Shown here: one piece after another, positions 42,843 to 55,896 of the stretch
Position numbering within the stretch: position 1 is the first letter of the stretch
Layout: the number at the start of each line of letters is the position of its first letter
Assembly: GCA_964016885.1 (NCBI GenBank)
Contig: CAXHJY010000083.1
Coordinates: 281 to 64,280 of the forward strand
Direction of reading: 5' to 3'
From: Eledone cirrhosa
Taxonomy: Eukaryota
DNA: 64,000 bases
The notes under the pieces: generated by a model
Told to the model about the DNA's origin: nothing
The model's database searches: none
What the model saw: only the letters and a program-made list of their open reading frames with translations
Translations under genes and position numbers: made by a program

Positions 42843-45800
42843 CTAACAGTGCTGCGATCGAATGTGGCTTTTTAGCCCAGCCAATGATCTAAAATGTCTT
42901 GCACAGAGTCGGCAACCAAAACATTTACTGGGAATAGTCGGCTGTGGTTGGAGTTCGTGTACTTTTGCATGTCGCTTGAGTCCTCCTGCTGATTTACATT
43001 CTCTACCACATGTTTGGCAAGCATGATGAGTAGCATCTCCAACAGCAGCCTGGTAGTCAACCACTGGTCTTACTTTATGACTGCGAAGATGACTTTCGAG
43101 TCCAGCTTTGCTTAGGCAGAGTCTCGCACAGACGCTGCATGTCAGAAACATAGGAGGACCCTCGCCGTCTGGAAGTGCAACAGCAATACCCTTCCTCACG
43201 TCCCGCTTTACTTTCTCGTGTGCGATTCGAGATGCCTCAAAGGCAACTTTTCCCTCATATACAGTCTTTCTCCATTTATTACGATCAGCAGCAATATTTT
43301 CCCATGTATCAGCAGAGATGTTAGCGTCTTTCAGAGAGGCCTTCAAGGAATCCTTATACCTCTTTTTTGGTTTATGTGGCGGTCGTTTTCCTTTAACCAA
43401 CTCTCCATAGAAGAGTTGTTTTGGTATTCTAGAATCCTTCATCCTGGCAAGGTGACCACTCCAACGGAGTCGCTGCTTAAGCACAAGAGCTTCTATACTG
43501 TCACACATAGAGCTTTCCAAAATCTCGACATCACTGATGTGGTCCCTCCAGCGTACGCCATGTATCCGTCTGAGACACATCTGATGGAAACGCTCCAATT
43601 GCTTAAGGTGGCGTCGATATGTGACCCAGGTCTCGCAGGCATAAAGAAGGCAAGAGAGTACACATGCCCTGTACACCCTTACCTTTGTCCTCCTGCATAT
43701 GTCTCGCCGACCCCAGAGTCGCCTTTCTAGCTTTCCGAAAGCATCACTTGCTTTCCTAATCCTAAGTGAGATCTCACTGTCAAGGTTGCCGTATCGATTG
43801 ACAGTGCTTCCCAGGTAGACAAACTGATCAACCACTCCAAGTCGTTTGCCATACACATAGATGTTTGGTTCAGTGTACTGCCTACCAGGTGCAGGTTGGT
43901 ACATGACGACGGTTTTCTTGAGACTGACAGTCAAACCCAGGGCAGTGCAAGCGTCAGAAAATACATTCAAAATGTGCTGCATATCACTCTCTGTGTGCGC
44001 TACAAGATCGCAATCATCTGCATACAAGAGGTCTCTTATGACTGATGTAAATACTTTTGTCTTCGCAGCAAAGCGCCTGATGTTAAATATGCTGCCTGAG
44101 GTTCGATATCGGATGTAAACACCATGCTCGCAATTCCTGAATGCAATACAGAAAACCATTGCAAAGTATATGGCAAACAGGGTCGGTGCTGGAATATCCC
44201 CCTGTTTCACTCCATTTTTTACTGAGATAGGCTCCGACATGTTACCTCCGACATTAACCCAAGCCTTCATGTCGTCATGGAAAGACCTAACTAAAGCAAG
44301 GAACTTATCAGGGCAACCAAGTTTCTGGAGAACCTTCCATAATGCATCTCTGTTGACAGTATCGAAAGCCTTTGTCAGATCGACAAAAACCTGATACAGA
44401 TCCAAGCCCTGTTCAATGCACTTCTCCTGGAGCTGTCTAGCTGAGAAGATCATATCAGTAGTGCCGCGTCCAACACGAAAACCAGATTGACTTTCAGGAA
44501 GGACACAATCTGCAATGTGTGTCAGCAGACGGTCCAGAAGCACCCTACATAAAACTTTCCCCACGACAGAAAGCAATGATATACCTCTGTAGTTCCCACA
44601 ATCATTCCTGTTACCCTTTCCCTTGTACAAGACCACCATTACTGCATCTCTCCAGTCCTCAGGCACGGATTCATTAGCCCATATCCTTCCAAACAGAGAG
44701 TGAAGATGTTGCAGGAGTCTCTCACCACCATATTGTAGGAGCTCAGCATGTATGCCATCCATACCTGGAGATCTTCCACTGTTCAGCTTCGAAATAGCCA
44801 CTGCAACCTCCACAAGTGTCGGAGGTTCTGCGAGAGCTACTTTCACAGGACTTTCCGGAATGAGATTGAGGAAATCTTCACTGACGACAGACGGCTGATT
44901 CAAAAGATCATCAAAGTGCTCTCGCCACCTTCGTAGAATTCCCTGTGAGTCACGAAGAAGTTCTTTGCCATCCTTGCTGCGAATCGGTGTCACCAGAGAA
45001 GAAGACGGTCCATAAACCTCACGCAAGAGACTGTACAACAGCTTTGTGTTATTGCAATCAGACGCAGTTTGTATCTCACCAGCCTTCTCACTCCACCACT
45101 GATCCTTCATCTGAGAAAGACTCCGCCTAACACGTGATTTTACATCCCTGAGCTCCTCATGCAACGTATTCCTCTCCTGTGGTCTTGCCGTCAAGTAGCG
45201 TGACAGAGCGCGCCTCTTATCAGCCAACAAGTCATCTATATGCACATCCTTCTCATCAAACCAGTCCTGATGTTTTCTCTGCACCAATCCCAGAACACGT
45301 CTGCCTACATCATAAACCGACTTTTTAAGGGTCGGCCAATCCTCACCAAGATCTGCAGCCTGCATCTCTTTTCTTCCAATGTCCTCTTCACATTTTTATC
45401 CTTAAGACGAGCAGCATTCAATCTTTTGGGCAGGGCAACACCAGGAGCCCGGATTTTACGTTTGGTGATTAGATTCACTTTTGCGCGTACCAGGCGGTGG
45501 TCCGTCCAGCACTCAGCTCCACGAAGAACACGAACACACTGCACATCCTGTCTGTCACGCATCCTGACTAGGACGTAGTCCAAAAGATGCCATTCCTTAG
45601 ATGCAGGATGCATCCATGTGGTCTTGAATTTGTTCTTTTGTTGGAACATGGTGTTGGTAACACACAGATCCAGCTCCTCACACATCTGCAGCAAGAGCAT
45701 ACCATTGCTGTTACACTTTCCCACCCCATGCCTTCCGATTACATTCCATGTGTTAAAATCCCTACCCACTCTAGCATTAAAGTCACCAAGCACGATGACT

Positions 45801-46390
45801 TTGTCTGCCTGAGGGATATTTCTTAAAACACCTTTCAAGGCATGGTAAAAGGACAGTTTTTCTTCATCGACAGAATTCATAGTTGGAGCATACACACTCA
45901 CCAGGGTAGCATATCTTCCCTTGTCCAGCGGAACTCTCATGGACATAAGACGCTCACTAATCCCCACTGGGAATTCTTCCAATTTATTCACCAGTACAGT
46001 CTTAACAGCAAATCCTACCCCAGCCTCTCTTCTGGTTCCTTCATCTCTTCCTTTCCAGAAGAATGTATATTCTCCACAAAATTCCGTAAGATGACCATCT
46101 CCAGCTAACCTCGTCTCAGACAAAGCCACGATGGTCAAGATCGTAACGTCGAAGCTCCTTCGCAACAAGAGCGGTCCTTCGTTCAGGACGCTCCAAAGAA
46201 TCCCTGTCAAGCAGCGTCCGTACGTTCCAGCAGCCAAGACTAAATGCCCTGTTTGGCTCTATTACAATGGCACGATGACGGGCGGGCCCAGGTTGTGATA
46301 ACTTGGGGCCCCCTGCCTTATTGCCAATGATCTCTTTTGTTCCAGAACCCAAATTGGCAATTATCTCGTTTACATTGTTCTGGAACATCA
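42843..46390 (-). pseudogene. RTE APE-RT-C2H2 ORF with two frameshifts
   Basis: GCWNVRTL in one frame; ALSETR/YAPT/GDFN/TDH in 45305-46237; RT YADD and three C2H2 fingers in 42843-45365. Shifts at ~46135 and ~45370. Confidence 0.88.
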
Positions 46391-46494
46391 TTGAATTGGA
46401 AAAAAAAAAAAAAAAAAAAATAGATATAAGTATAATATAGTAATAATAATAATAAATATAGAATACTACACTAATATAATTAATAGTATAGTAA

Positions 46495-46889
46495 CATACA
46501 TATATATATACATACATACATAATATATATACTTACATACATATATATATACACATACATATAGTATATATACATACATATATATATATATACATACATA
46601 ATACTAATATATACATACATACATATATATATATACATACATATCATATATATACATACATACATATATAAATACATACATACATATAAATATACATAAC
46701 ATACATATATATATACATACATACATATATATACAATACATACAATATATAAATATACATAAATACATACATATATATATATTATACATACATATATAAT
46801 ATACATACATACACTATATATATATATACTACATACATACATATATACATACATATATAATACATACATTACATACATACATAATATAT

Positions 46890-46922
<33 letters not shown>

Positions 46923-47159
46923 CTATACATACATACATACATATATAATATATACATATATATATATACATACATACATACATATATATATATATACATA
47001 TATATATATACATACATACATACATATATATATATATACATATATATATATACATACATACATACATATATATATATATACATACATATATATATAATAT
47101 ATACATAATATATATATATATATATACATACATATATATATACATACATATATATATAC

Positions 47160-47192
<33 letters not shown>

Positions 47193-47224
47193 CATACATA
47201 CATATATATATATATACATACATA

Positions 47225-47256
<32 letters not shown>

Positions 47257-47503
47257 CATACATATATATATATTATATATATAATATATATATATATACA
47301 TACATATATATACTTATATATACATACATATATATATATATATATACTATATATTATATATATATACATACATATATATATATATACATACATATTATAT
47401 ATATATATACATAATATATATATATATACATACATATATATATTATATATATACATACATATATATAGTATATATACATACATATATATATATATATACA
47501 TAA

Positions 47504-47542
<39 letters not shown>

Positions 47543-47543
47543 C

Positions 47544-47608
<65 letters not shown>

Positions 47609-47759
47609 CATACATATATATATATACATACATATATATATATACATACATATATATATATACATACATATATATATATATACATACATATATATATATA
47701 TGCATACATATATATATATACATACATGCATATATATACATACATACATATATATATAC

Positions 47760-47790
<31 letters not shown>

Positions 47791-47802
47791 CATATATATA
47801 CA

Positions 47803-47838
<36 letters not shown>

Positions 47839-47851
47839 CATATATATATAC

Positions 47852-47921
<70 letters not shown>

Positions 47922-47929
47922 ACATATAC

Positions 47930-47962
<33 letters not shown>

Positions 47963-48005
47963 CATTCATATATATATATATATACATACATATATATATA
48001 TATAC
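46495..48005. repeat. Degenerate TA/TACA tract
   Basis: Direct reading. Confidence 0.93.
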
Positions 48006-48159
48006 TAGAGTAAAACATGTCCAGAGAATAAATTGATAATATATATACATCATCTCTATTCCCAATCAGCATAATTAACCACACAAATATATATACATAC
48101 AAATATATATATATATATATATACATACATATGTATATATATATACATACATATGTATA

Positions 48160-48804
48160 TATATATGTATACGTACATACATATATGTATACATAGAATA
48201 GTATGTATATATACACATACATGCACACATATATATGTACGTATGGATTCACTGAACATTTATTATAATGCTCGGTTTGTTCGTAAACAAACATCCCAAA
48301 TTAAGCCGTACAGTGTTTAGCAACCATCGTTGCCCTTTTGTTCAACACTGACAAAGGAACGATGTACTAGTTTCAAGCTTATTAACTATCGTCAGCACCG
48401 TATACCTTCCTGCCAGATGATTGAATGTCTGAAAGTATACCCTTTCCTTATGCATATTAACGGCTGAGCAGCCTAATTTGCATATCGAGTGAGTTAATCG
48501 GCCGGGCGCACTGAAAACGATAAATGGAAAAAATGAAACAAAATTTCATTTCTCACTCTTAGTATGGCTGTTACTTAAATATAAGTATGTATACGTACAT
48601 ACATATATGTATACAGACGTACAGTAGTATGTATATATATACATACATGCACACATATATATATGTACGTATGGATTTATCGAACATTTATTATAATGCC
48701 CGGTATGTTTGTAAACAAACATATATGTATGTACGTATACATACTTATATTTAAGTAACATCCGTACTAAAAGTGAGAAATGAAATTTTGTTTCATTTGT
48801 TTCC

Positions 48805-48806
<2 letters not shown>
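48160..48806. repeat. Partial tandem (~430 bp offset) plus ~85 bp inverted repeat; pLTR-like island
   Basis: 48160-48293 resembles 48585-48722. 48524-48609 is the reverse complement of 48720-48806. Confidence 0.75.
48360..48400 (-). ncRNA. Minimal type I hammerhead ribozyme
   Basis: CGGTG CTGACGA T AGTT-aata-AGCT T GAAAC TA GTA CATCG. Canonical core with palindromic stem III ACTAGT. Confidence 0.75.
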
Positions 48807-48835
<29 letters not shown>

Positions 48836-49445
48836 CAGGAAGTTGTAAATTTATATCCAATGATAAATTCTGATGTGAATTGTGATATTTTGTTTATTAC
48901 CATTTTCACACAGTCTCATAAATAACAGCAGTGGCAGCAGAGGTACAGGAAGACCTCATTTTAATAGGGAGTTTGATACATGAAAATAACCATCATAGCA
49001 CTATTTCTGTCAAGAATTTGATTTATGCAAGAAAAAATTTTCATTTATGCAATATATATATCAAGCATTGGAGAGATATCTAGTCTATGAGACAGTGACA
49101 CTACCATCATCAGCAACATCATTGTTTGAGGGTCATCCTTCCTTCTAGCAAGCGTATCATCATCATTGACGTGAAGACAATGTTTATGATGGGGGTGGTG
49201 ATGAGGATGATGAATGTGGCAGAGAGAGGGGAGTGATTTCCTTCAAATTGAAGAGTTTTCAAGAAGAGCTGAAAAGTAAAGGAGTTTCACGAAAGTTCTT
49301 ACCAATGACCCAATGGAGGTCAATTTAATTAAATAAAAATGAAATAAAAACAAGAAAAAATATTGATGTATTTAATATTTGGTTTAGTTTTAATGAAAAT
49401 CAAAACTAGTTTATGACTGACCTATCACACCAACATATACTAAAA

Positions 49446-49900
49446 TAATTGTTTCTACTTTTGGCACAAGGCCAGCAATTATCCCAGTGCATTACTGGTG
49501 CTTTATTTTATCGACCCCAATGGCACCCTGCTAAATAAAGGGTTGGGAAGAGCCTTAGTTGTGTCGAAGACATGACAACCTCCCCTGTGTATTCGTTTTA
49601 GTACTGCCTTGGTCTATGTAGACCCAGCAAACCCTTGTTAGCAGAGAAAGTGGATGTTAAAACAATGATGATGATAATAATAATAATAAATATATATATA
49701 TATATATCATCATTTTACATCCGCTTTTCCCTGCTTGCAAGGGTGGGACAGGAACTGATTCTGGCTTGATTTCTACAGCTGGATGCCCTTCCTAACGCCA
49801 ACCTCTTTTTCAGTGAGTGCTGGGTGCTTTTTTTTTTTCCGTGGCGCCTACACGTCCACTTTACAGTGTGCACTGGGTGCTTTTTTGCCGTGGCACCTCC
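49446..49900. mobile_element. Cluster of SINE fragments with RTE-type 3' tails
   Basis: GTGGATGTTAAAACAATGATGATG tail (+, ~49650-49675). A minus fragment at 49707-49900 shares TTTCTACAGCTGGATGCCCTTCCTAAC with the RTE 3' UTR at 6888-6914. Confidence 0.6.
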
Positions 49901-49946
49901 ATGACCACTTTGCAGTGGAATGATAGGGATCCCAGTCCTATCATCT

Positions 49947-50087
49947 CATTTCTACAGCTGAGTAAACTGGAGCAATGTGAAATAAAGTGTCTTGCTCAAG
50001 GAAACAACACATCACCCGGTCTGAGAATTGAACTCACAATCTTTCGATTGCAAGCCCAATGCTCTAACCACTAAGCCATGTGCCTCC
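49947..50087 (-). mobile_element. tRNA-derived SINE head with CORE/Meta-like central domain
   Basis: Minus strand: A box TGGCTTAGTGG, B box GAGTTCAATTC, then TGTTTCCTTGAGCAAGACACTT. Confidence 0.7.
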
Positions 50088-50399
50088 TATATATATATAT
50101 GAAAAATGAATAAACAGGAGGGTGATGACTATTTGAGACCTTAGAGAAAGAAATGTGAACAATGAATAACAAGTTAAAGTAACATCACTTATTTTTGTGT
50201 TTATCATGTTCTATACAGTGTGAAGTTATAAATATATGTATATTTATGGTGATGGTGTAACAATTTCTTTATACAAAACTTGTAATTCTCAGACAAATGT
50301 TCCCATGTTTACATTCTTCTACAGTTCTACAATAAGTGGTACAAATGTTAATGCCTCAATCTTCAGAATAAAAAAATCTATTCCATCCTTCAGTAAAAT

Positions 50400-50570
50400 G
50401 AAATTGACAAAGATGACATTAAAGTGGATAATAACAAAATTGAGATTTTAGATGATGAAATTGAAGTTGATGATGTCAAATTTGTGATTGATCATGACAA
50501 AACTGAAGTTGACAATGACAAATTTGAGTTTGATGATAACAAAATCAATACTGATAATGATGAATTTGAG
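50400..50570 (+). repeat. Degenerate 21 bp minisatellite
   Basis: GATGATAACAAAATTGAAGTT-like units, giving a D/E-rich heptad translation. Confidence 0.6.
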
Positions 50571-50599
50571 GAGGAAACTCTGGTGACCAACTACTTGGA

Positions 50600-51527
50600 A
50601 GATATGGGGGATCAAGACAGTCCCTCATCCTTCCTACAGTCCAGACTTACTCCCAGGTCTTCTGCAGTACAGTCCGATGCCAAGGATCTTGATCCTGTGT
50701 CAACTCCTTTGTGAGGTTTAATTAGGTAAGGTCAGCTTTTATCACTTCACCCCCAAGCTTTCCAATGTCTTCCTCTTCCATAGTTACCATAGACTTTGAG
50801 TGTCCTACACCCTTTTATACAGCTATCACCCTCCATATACATCACAATCTCTTCTCTTGTACACTGCATCTGACCCCTCTGATGCCCAGTTTCTCTTTCG
50901 GTTCACTGGTGCTTTGTCATTCATGCACACTACTGTTCCACATCCATCAGAGCATGTAAGCTGTATTTCTTTCTAATCTTTGAAGGTCCTCTGCACATAT
51001 AGCTCAGGCCTCACTACCATGCAACATTGCTGTTTCTACATAAACTTCATACAATCTGCCTTTCATTTTGAGGAAAAAATCCTTTTATAGCTAACAGTAG
51101 AAGACGCTCCCTTAACATTTTCCATCTCATTCTCACTCTAGCTACTATACTTTCAGAACACTCACCTCCACTGCTAATTTGATCTCTTATGTAACAAACA
51201 CTATCAACTACTTCTACAGAGCCCTCTGGGCATTTACAGGAGCTTGTTTCCTATGAACTCTTTCTCCTTACTGCTCCTTTACAAAGTCTACATTCTTTGC
51301 TAGCCTGTCTGAGATCCCACTACACCTCTTGTGTACCCATAGTTTGCATTTGGAACATAGGATGGAATTTCTACCTACTCCTTTCCTGCACACTGAGCAA
51401 GGCCTTTTTCCTGAGGGGATCTGGGCCCTGTTTCCCTTTCTACATACTAGGAATTTAGGCTTTGCCAAGTTGATTTTAAGACCTTTTGATTCTAGGCCAT
51501 TCTTTCAGGTTTGGAATTTCTTCTCTC
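50600..51527 (-). mobile_element. Old diverged 3' fragment of the RTE-PHD LINE
   Basis: [32 protein letters not shown] followed by degenerate C-terminal RT sequence with many stops. Confidence 0.8.
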
Positions 51528-51772
51528 TTTATATATATATTATAATATTATATATATACTATATATATATATATATTATATATATATTATAATATTATAT
51601 ATTATAATATTATAATATTATATATATATTATAATATTATAACACATATATATATATTATAATGTTATAACACATATATATATATATATTATAATATTAT
51701 AACACATATCATGGTCTATATGTATATATATATATATTAAATAAATGGAAACTATATCTATAAAACCATATT

Positions 51773-51833
51773 TATTCTATTATATATATTTCAAGGCTAC
51801 CAACACTTTGGTATGCTCTCATCAAATAAAATA
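51773..51833 (-). ncRNA. Type I hammerhead variant (C3U)
   Basis: TATTTTAT TTGATGA GAGCATACCAA-agtg-TTGGTAGCCTT GAAAT ATAT ATA ATAGAATA. Stem I is 8 bp. Confidence 0.6.
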
Positions 51834-51977
51834 CAAAGTTTGATTTATAAATATTGACATATTTATTTAATATCATTGAATATTATACTCCAGAAAACTT
51901 GTCGAGTGCTTTGAATCAGTTATAAACAATTAGATTTGTTGAATTACCAACAAATTAAATATCCCTTTTGCTTATAT

Positions 51978-52074
<97 letters not shown>

Positions 52075-52434
52075 CATATATATATACATATATATATATA
52101 TACATATATATATACATATATATATATATACATATATACATATATATATATATACATATATACATATATAAGTTTCTTTTATTTGCCACTAGGGCATCAA
52201 AAGTGGGACAAGTACAAAGGGGGGAGTTTACACAAAAAGGCGTCCTCAATAAGGAGGAGGCAATAACAAAATATAAAAATAAAATAAGATATAACAAAAA
52301 ATAAAATTTTTAACAAAATCCTCAATAGAGAGGAGGCGCCTTGGGGGGTCGCACACACCCCCGAAAAAAGTGTGCAACCCTTTTCCTCAGGAGCACAGAG
52401 AGGGGGTGCTCCCTCGTTCCTTCCTCTCCTCCAC

Positions 52435-55400
52435 CTACAGGCTTATGTAAAGAGAAGGCCCATTCACACGGGCCATTCTCGCCACTTTCACCCACCTTTC
52501 ATAAAAACGACTGGGGTGCAGCACCTCTCTCTCCATCCTGATCCTTCTTCCGAAATGATATCGGAAGAAACGGACCAGTTGTTGGCCAGAGAGAAAGGTG
52601 CCTGACCTCAGTCCTTTCAGACGCGTCCACCATACAACCTCTTTCGCCATGGCTATTACGCACAGAAACACCGCCTCTGCTTCATCTTTGAAGGGGGGAG
52701 GCGGCTTGATCATTACAATGGACTCGGTGGTCAACCGGATCGGTCCCACCCTTGACAGCAGTTGTTCGACATAGCCCCACAGATCGGCTACGCCCGAGCA
52801 GTGTACCAATGCGTGTGCAACGGTTTCCTCGTCGCACACGCATCTGGGACAGATCTTTTTGGCGGGGTCCCTACCCGGGCGCCCATGTCTGTAGAGCCTT
52901 TCTCGAACGGGTAAAGCCCCTCGGTAGCACTGCCAGGCCAGGGACTTCTGGAAGTTGTCCATAGGTCCCGGGCTGAATGTCCTACTGAACAGGCTGGCCA
53001 GTTCGTCCTCCTCCATGTCTAGGGCTTCTCCGAGGGCGTCGTCGCACCTGCTGCGTACCAGCCCTCTATAGAATGTTGCGGTGGAGTCTCCACTGATAAC
53101 CGGATCCGCCTGCCAGAGGGCGGTGAGCGCCTGGGCACACTCAGTGTGCCAGGCGCCCAGTTTTCTCGGTCTTTGCTTGACCCAGGATTGCAGCTCGGTG
53201 AGTGAGACGAGTCTGGGAAAGGTTCGTCTCACAAACGAGGCCCACACCGGTTGTCCGGTGAGGAATACGTAGAGGTGCCGTAGCCTTAATGCGTGTTTAC
53301 GCATCATTAGCCACGGCATCCCCAGCCCTCCTTTCGAAGGGTGTTGACAGCAGATGGAACTCCTCACCATAGGAGCCCGCCCCTTCCAAAGGAATTGGAA
53401 GAGCGCGCGCTCCATCTTGGTGAGGGTTTCCCTTGGGCAGGGCACTACGGTCAGGCGGTAGTAGATGACGGACGCTATATAAGTGTTCGCCACCTCCGCC
53501 CGACCTTTCAGGGATAGTTTGCAACTGGCCCACTTCTGGGTCAGTGCAAACACCCTGTTCGTAACCTCCGCCCAGTTTTTCTCCACCTGGAGGTCCGGTC
53601 CGAACCAGACCCCGAGCAACTTCACCGGGCCCTCCGTCCAGCGTCCGACGACGCCATCGGAGGGCATCGGTCTGCCCCTCCACGTGCCGAGTTGCAAACC
53701 GATCGACTTGTCCCGGTTCAGCTTAGCCCCTGTGAACTTTTCGTACTCCTCCAGTAAGGTGCCGACCGCCTCGATTTCGGAGGCCGTCGACACCATTACT
53801 GTCACGTCATCGGCGTAGGCTGACACCGCTTTCCGCAATCCCGGTTCCAAAGGGATGCCCTGCAACAACTCCAACTTCCGCAGTAGTGGCTCGAGAGTCA
53901 ACACATACAGAAGGGAGGAGAGAGGGCACCCTTGTCGGATGGACCGCGCGATTTTGAACGGCTCCGAGAGGTAGCCGTTCACCTTGACCCTAGAGCAGAT
54001 GCGGCTGCTGTGCATAGCAGTGATCCAGCCCCTGAAAACGGGTCCGAAGCCTGCCGCTGCTAGCACCGCATCCAGGTAACCATGGTCGACCCTATCGAAC
54101 GCCTTAGATTGATCCAAGTTGATCAGAGCCCCACCAAAGCCGGGTTCGTTCCCAACCCTCTCTATGATGTATCGCATGAGGTGGAGGTTGTCATGGATGG
54201 ACCTGGACGGGATAGCGCATGTCTGCGCATCTCCCACCAGGTTGCCCACGACAAGCGCCAACCTCTTTGCTAGCACCTTGGCCAAAATCTGTAACTCTGT
54301 ATTTAGCAGAGTTATGGGCCTGAAGTTACTTATTTCGTCCCCCTTGTTCTCGTCCTTCCTCACTAGCGTGACTACGCCCTTGGTCACAGTACAGGGAATT
54401 CTCCCGTTCTGTTGCCAGTTGCAGTAGACCGCCTCGAGGAGATCGGGGAACAAGTCCGGCATAGCTAGATATAATTCGTAAGGAAGACCATCGAGACCCG
54501 GGGATTTGCGTTTGCCGCATTGGCCCAGCACGTCCTCTATCTCAGCGGCCGAAATCGGCTCCTCGCAAGACTTCGCCTCCCTGTCCGAGAGGCGCGGCAG
54601 GCCGTCGAGGTATGGACCGAAGTCCACGTTCCCAACCGGCTCCCCGCCCCTCCCGAACAGTCGGGCAAAGTGCCTTTGAAAGGCCTCACACATCTGCTTA
54701 GGCTCAAGAATCGCCCGTCCATCCAGGTCTCGCAAAGACCGGATGGTGGATTTAGTTCCACTGTTGGCCTCTGTCACGCGGGCCCAGCTAACAGCTTTGG
54801 CCCCCTCGTTCCCTAGAGCACGTATTTTACTTCGGACAACGCAGCCTTCGTGCTTCGCGTCGAAAAACTGGCTCAAAGCCGTTCTCGACGCTAGCACTCT
54901 GGCCACGTCGCCGCTTCTAATTGCCTCTTCTACTCTATCTATTAGCTCCCTTTCCTTCCTATTCCTATCCGCAGCTAGAACCTTACTAAATTCAATCGAG
55001 ACTACTTTAATCTCTCTCTTTAGAGATACCCACCACCTGCTGTTGACGATCGCTCCAGTCAACCGTTCCTTAACTAACGTACTAATCCGATTCCTGTAGG
55101 CTCTACTTGCCGGCAAGGACAAGTTGAGCTTCCAGTAACCGGGGCCCTGTCTATGCGTTCTATCAAGGTTGACCATGCAGGTCACCAACTTGTGGTCTGA
55201 ATAGCCAACCATGAGCATTTCTGGACAACTTAAAAAATCCCTGTCCTTATTTCTAACTAAAAATCTATCTAGGTACGATCTAGATGATCCGCTGCGATTT
55301 GACCAAGACCAGGTTGGCACCGTCGGAAAATCTAGTCGAAATCTATCGGCCAGGTCAAATCGGCCGAGTAACCCCTTGAGGCTGTTGCACCCCTCTCTAT

Positions 55401-55872
55401 CGGGACATGCCCCTGCATAGTCCCAACGTGCATCCAGGATACCATTCCAATCCCCCACTAAAAGCAGGGAACGGGACGTCCCTAGAAAAGACTCCAGACG
55501 CTGGAAAAAGTCGGGCCGCTCTGTCCCAAAAGGGGCATATGCGGCTATCAGCCTAAAGGCTCTACCTTCACCACTGCCAAGGTCCAGCACCACCAGTCGA
55601 CCCCCTGGGTCCAAGTGAACTATCTGTGTTGCAAGGCCCATATGTTTTTGCAGCAGAACGACAACCCCACCCCCACCTCCGGGCTGACAGAGAGATGCGT
55701 GCATCTCAAAGTCGTCAAAGGTGGGGGCTAGCTGTCGCATGCTGCTGATCCGGGCCTCGCAGATAACCATCACATTTATAGATTGTGACCTGAGGTCATT
55801 TAGAAGCATTGCTTGCTTCCAAGACGAGCCCAGGCCACGCGCATTTAGACACCCTACTCTTAGCACAGCCAT
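52435..55872 (-). CDS. Tx1-type ORF2 (APE + RT + C-terminal zinc finger)
   Basis: MAVLRVGCLNARG, GDWN, YLDRFL, SDH, GPGYWKLN, SPGLDGLP, LDQSKAFDRV, RQGCPLS, YADD, CPRC..ETVAHALVHC. Confidence 0.94.
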   Translation of the reverse strand: MAVLRVGCLNARGLGSSWKQAMLLNDLRSQSINVMVICEARISSMRQLAPTFDDFEMHASLCQPGGGGGVVVLLQKHMGLATQIVHLDPGGRLVVLDLGSGEGRAFRLIAAYAPFGTERPDFFQRLESFLGTSRSLLLVGDWNGILDARWDYAGACPDREGCNSLKGLLGRFDLADRFRLDFPTVPTWSWSNRSGSSRSYLDRFLVRNKDRDFLSCPEMLMVGYSDHKLVTCMVNLDRTHRQGPGYWKLNLSLPASRAYRNRISTLVKERLTGAIVNSRWWVSLKREIKVVSIEFSKVLAADRNRKERELIDRVEEAIRSGDVARVLASRTALSQFFDAKHEGCVVRSKIRALGNEGAKAVSWARVTEANSGTKSTIRSLRDLDGRAILEPKQMCEAFQRHFARLFGRGGEPVGNVDFGPYLDGLPRLSDREAKSCEEPISAAEIEDVLGQCGKRKSPGLDGLPYELYLAMPDLFPDLLEAVYCNWQQNGRIPCTVTKGVVTLVRKDENKGDEISNFRPITLLNTELQILAKVLAKRLALVVGNLVGDAQTCAIPSRSIHDNLHLMRYIIERVGNEPGFGGALINLDQSKAFDRVDHGYLDAVLAAAGFGPVFRGWITAMHSSRICSRVKVNGYLSEPFKIARSIRQGCPLSSLLYVLTLEPLLRKLELLQGIPLEPGLRKAVSAYADDVTVMVSTASEIEAVGTLLEEYEKFTGAKLNRDKSIGLQLGTWRGRPMPSDGVVGRWTEGPVKLLGVWFGPDLQVEKNWAEVTNRVFALTQKWASCKLSLKGRAEVANTYIASVIYYRLTVVPCPRETLTKMERALFQFLWKGRAPMVRSSICCQHPSKGGLGMPWLMMRKHALRLRHLYVFLTGQPVWASFVRRTFPRLVSLTELQSWVKQRPRKLGAWHTECAQALTALWQADPVISGDSTATFYRGLVRSRCDDALGEALDMEEDELASLFSRTFSPGPMDNFQKSLAWQCYRGALPVRERLYRHGRPGRDPAKKICPRCVCDEETVAHALVHCSGVADLWGYVEQLLSRVGPIRLTTESIVMIKPPPPFKDEAEAVFLCVIAMAKEVVWWTRLKGLRSGTFLSGQQLVRFFRYHFGRRIRMEREVLHPSRFYERWVKVARMARVNGPSLYISL

Positions 55873-55896
55873 GTTGGTGGTAAAGAGAAAAGGCAC

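Larger units (their letters stand above)
38056..46400 (-). mobile_element. RTE-clade LINE with C-terminal C2H2 fingers; 3' UTR probably interrupted by the Dong insertion
   Basis: ORF at 42843-46390. The orphan RTE-type 3' hairpin TGGCCATACTCG-ataa-CGAGGGGGCAGCCA+(TCA)n lies at 38056-38095 on the same strand. Confidence 0.75.

Noticed and set aside
50010-50087. tRNA gene
   Set aside because: A and B boxes are present, but there is no convincing cloverleaf and it continues into a SINE core domain.
50424-50714. Acidic 96-aa ORF as a host exon
   Set aside because: It is explained by a degenerate 21-bp minisatellite running into an antisense LINE 3' region; no splice evidence.
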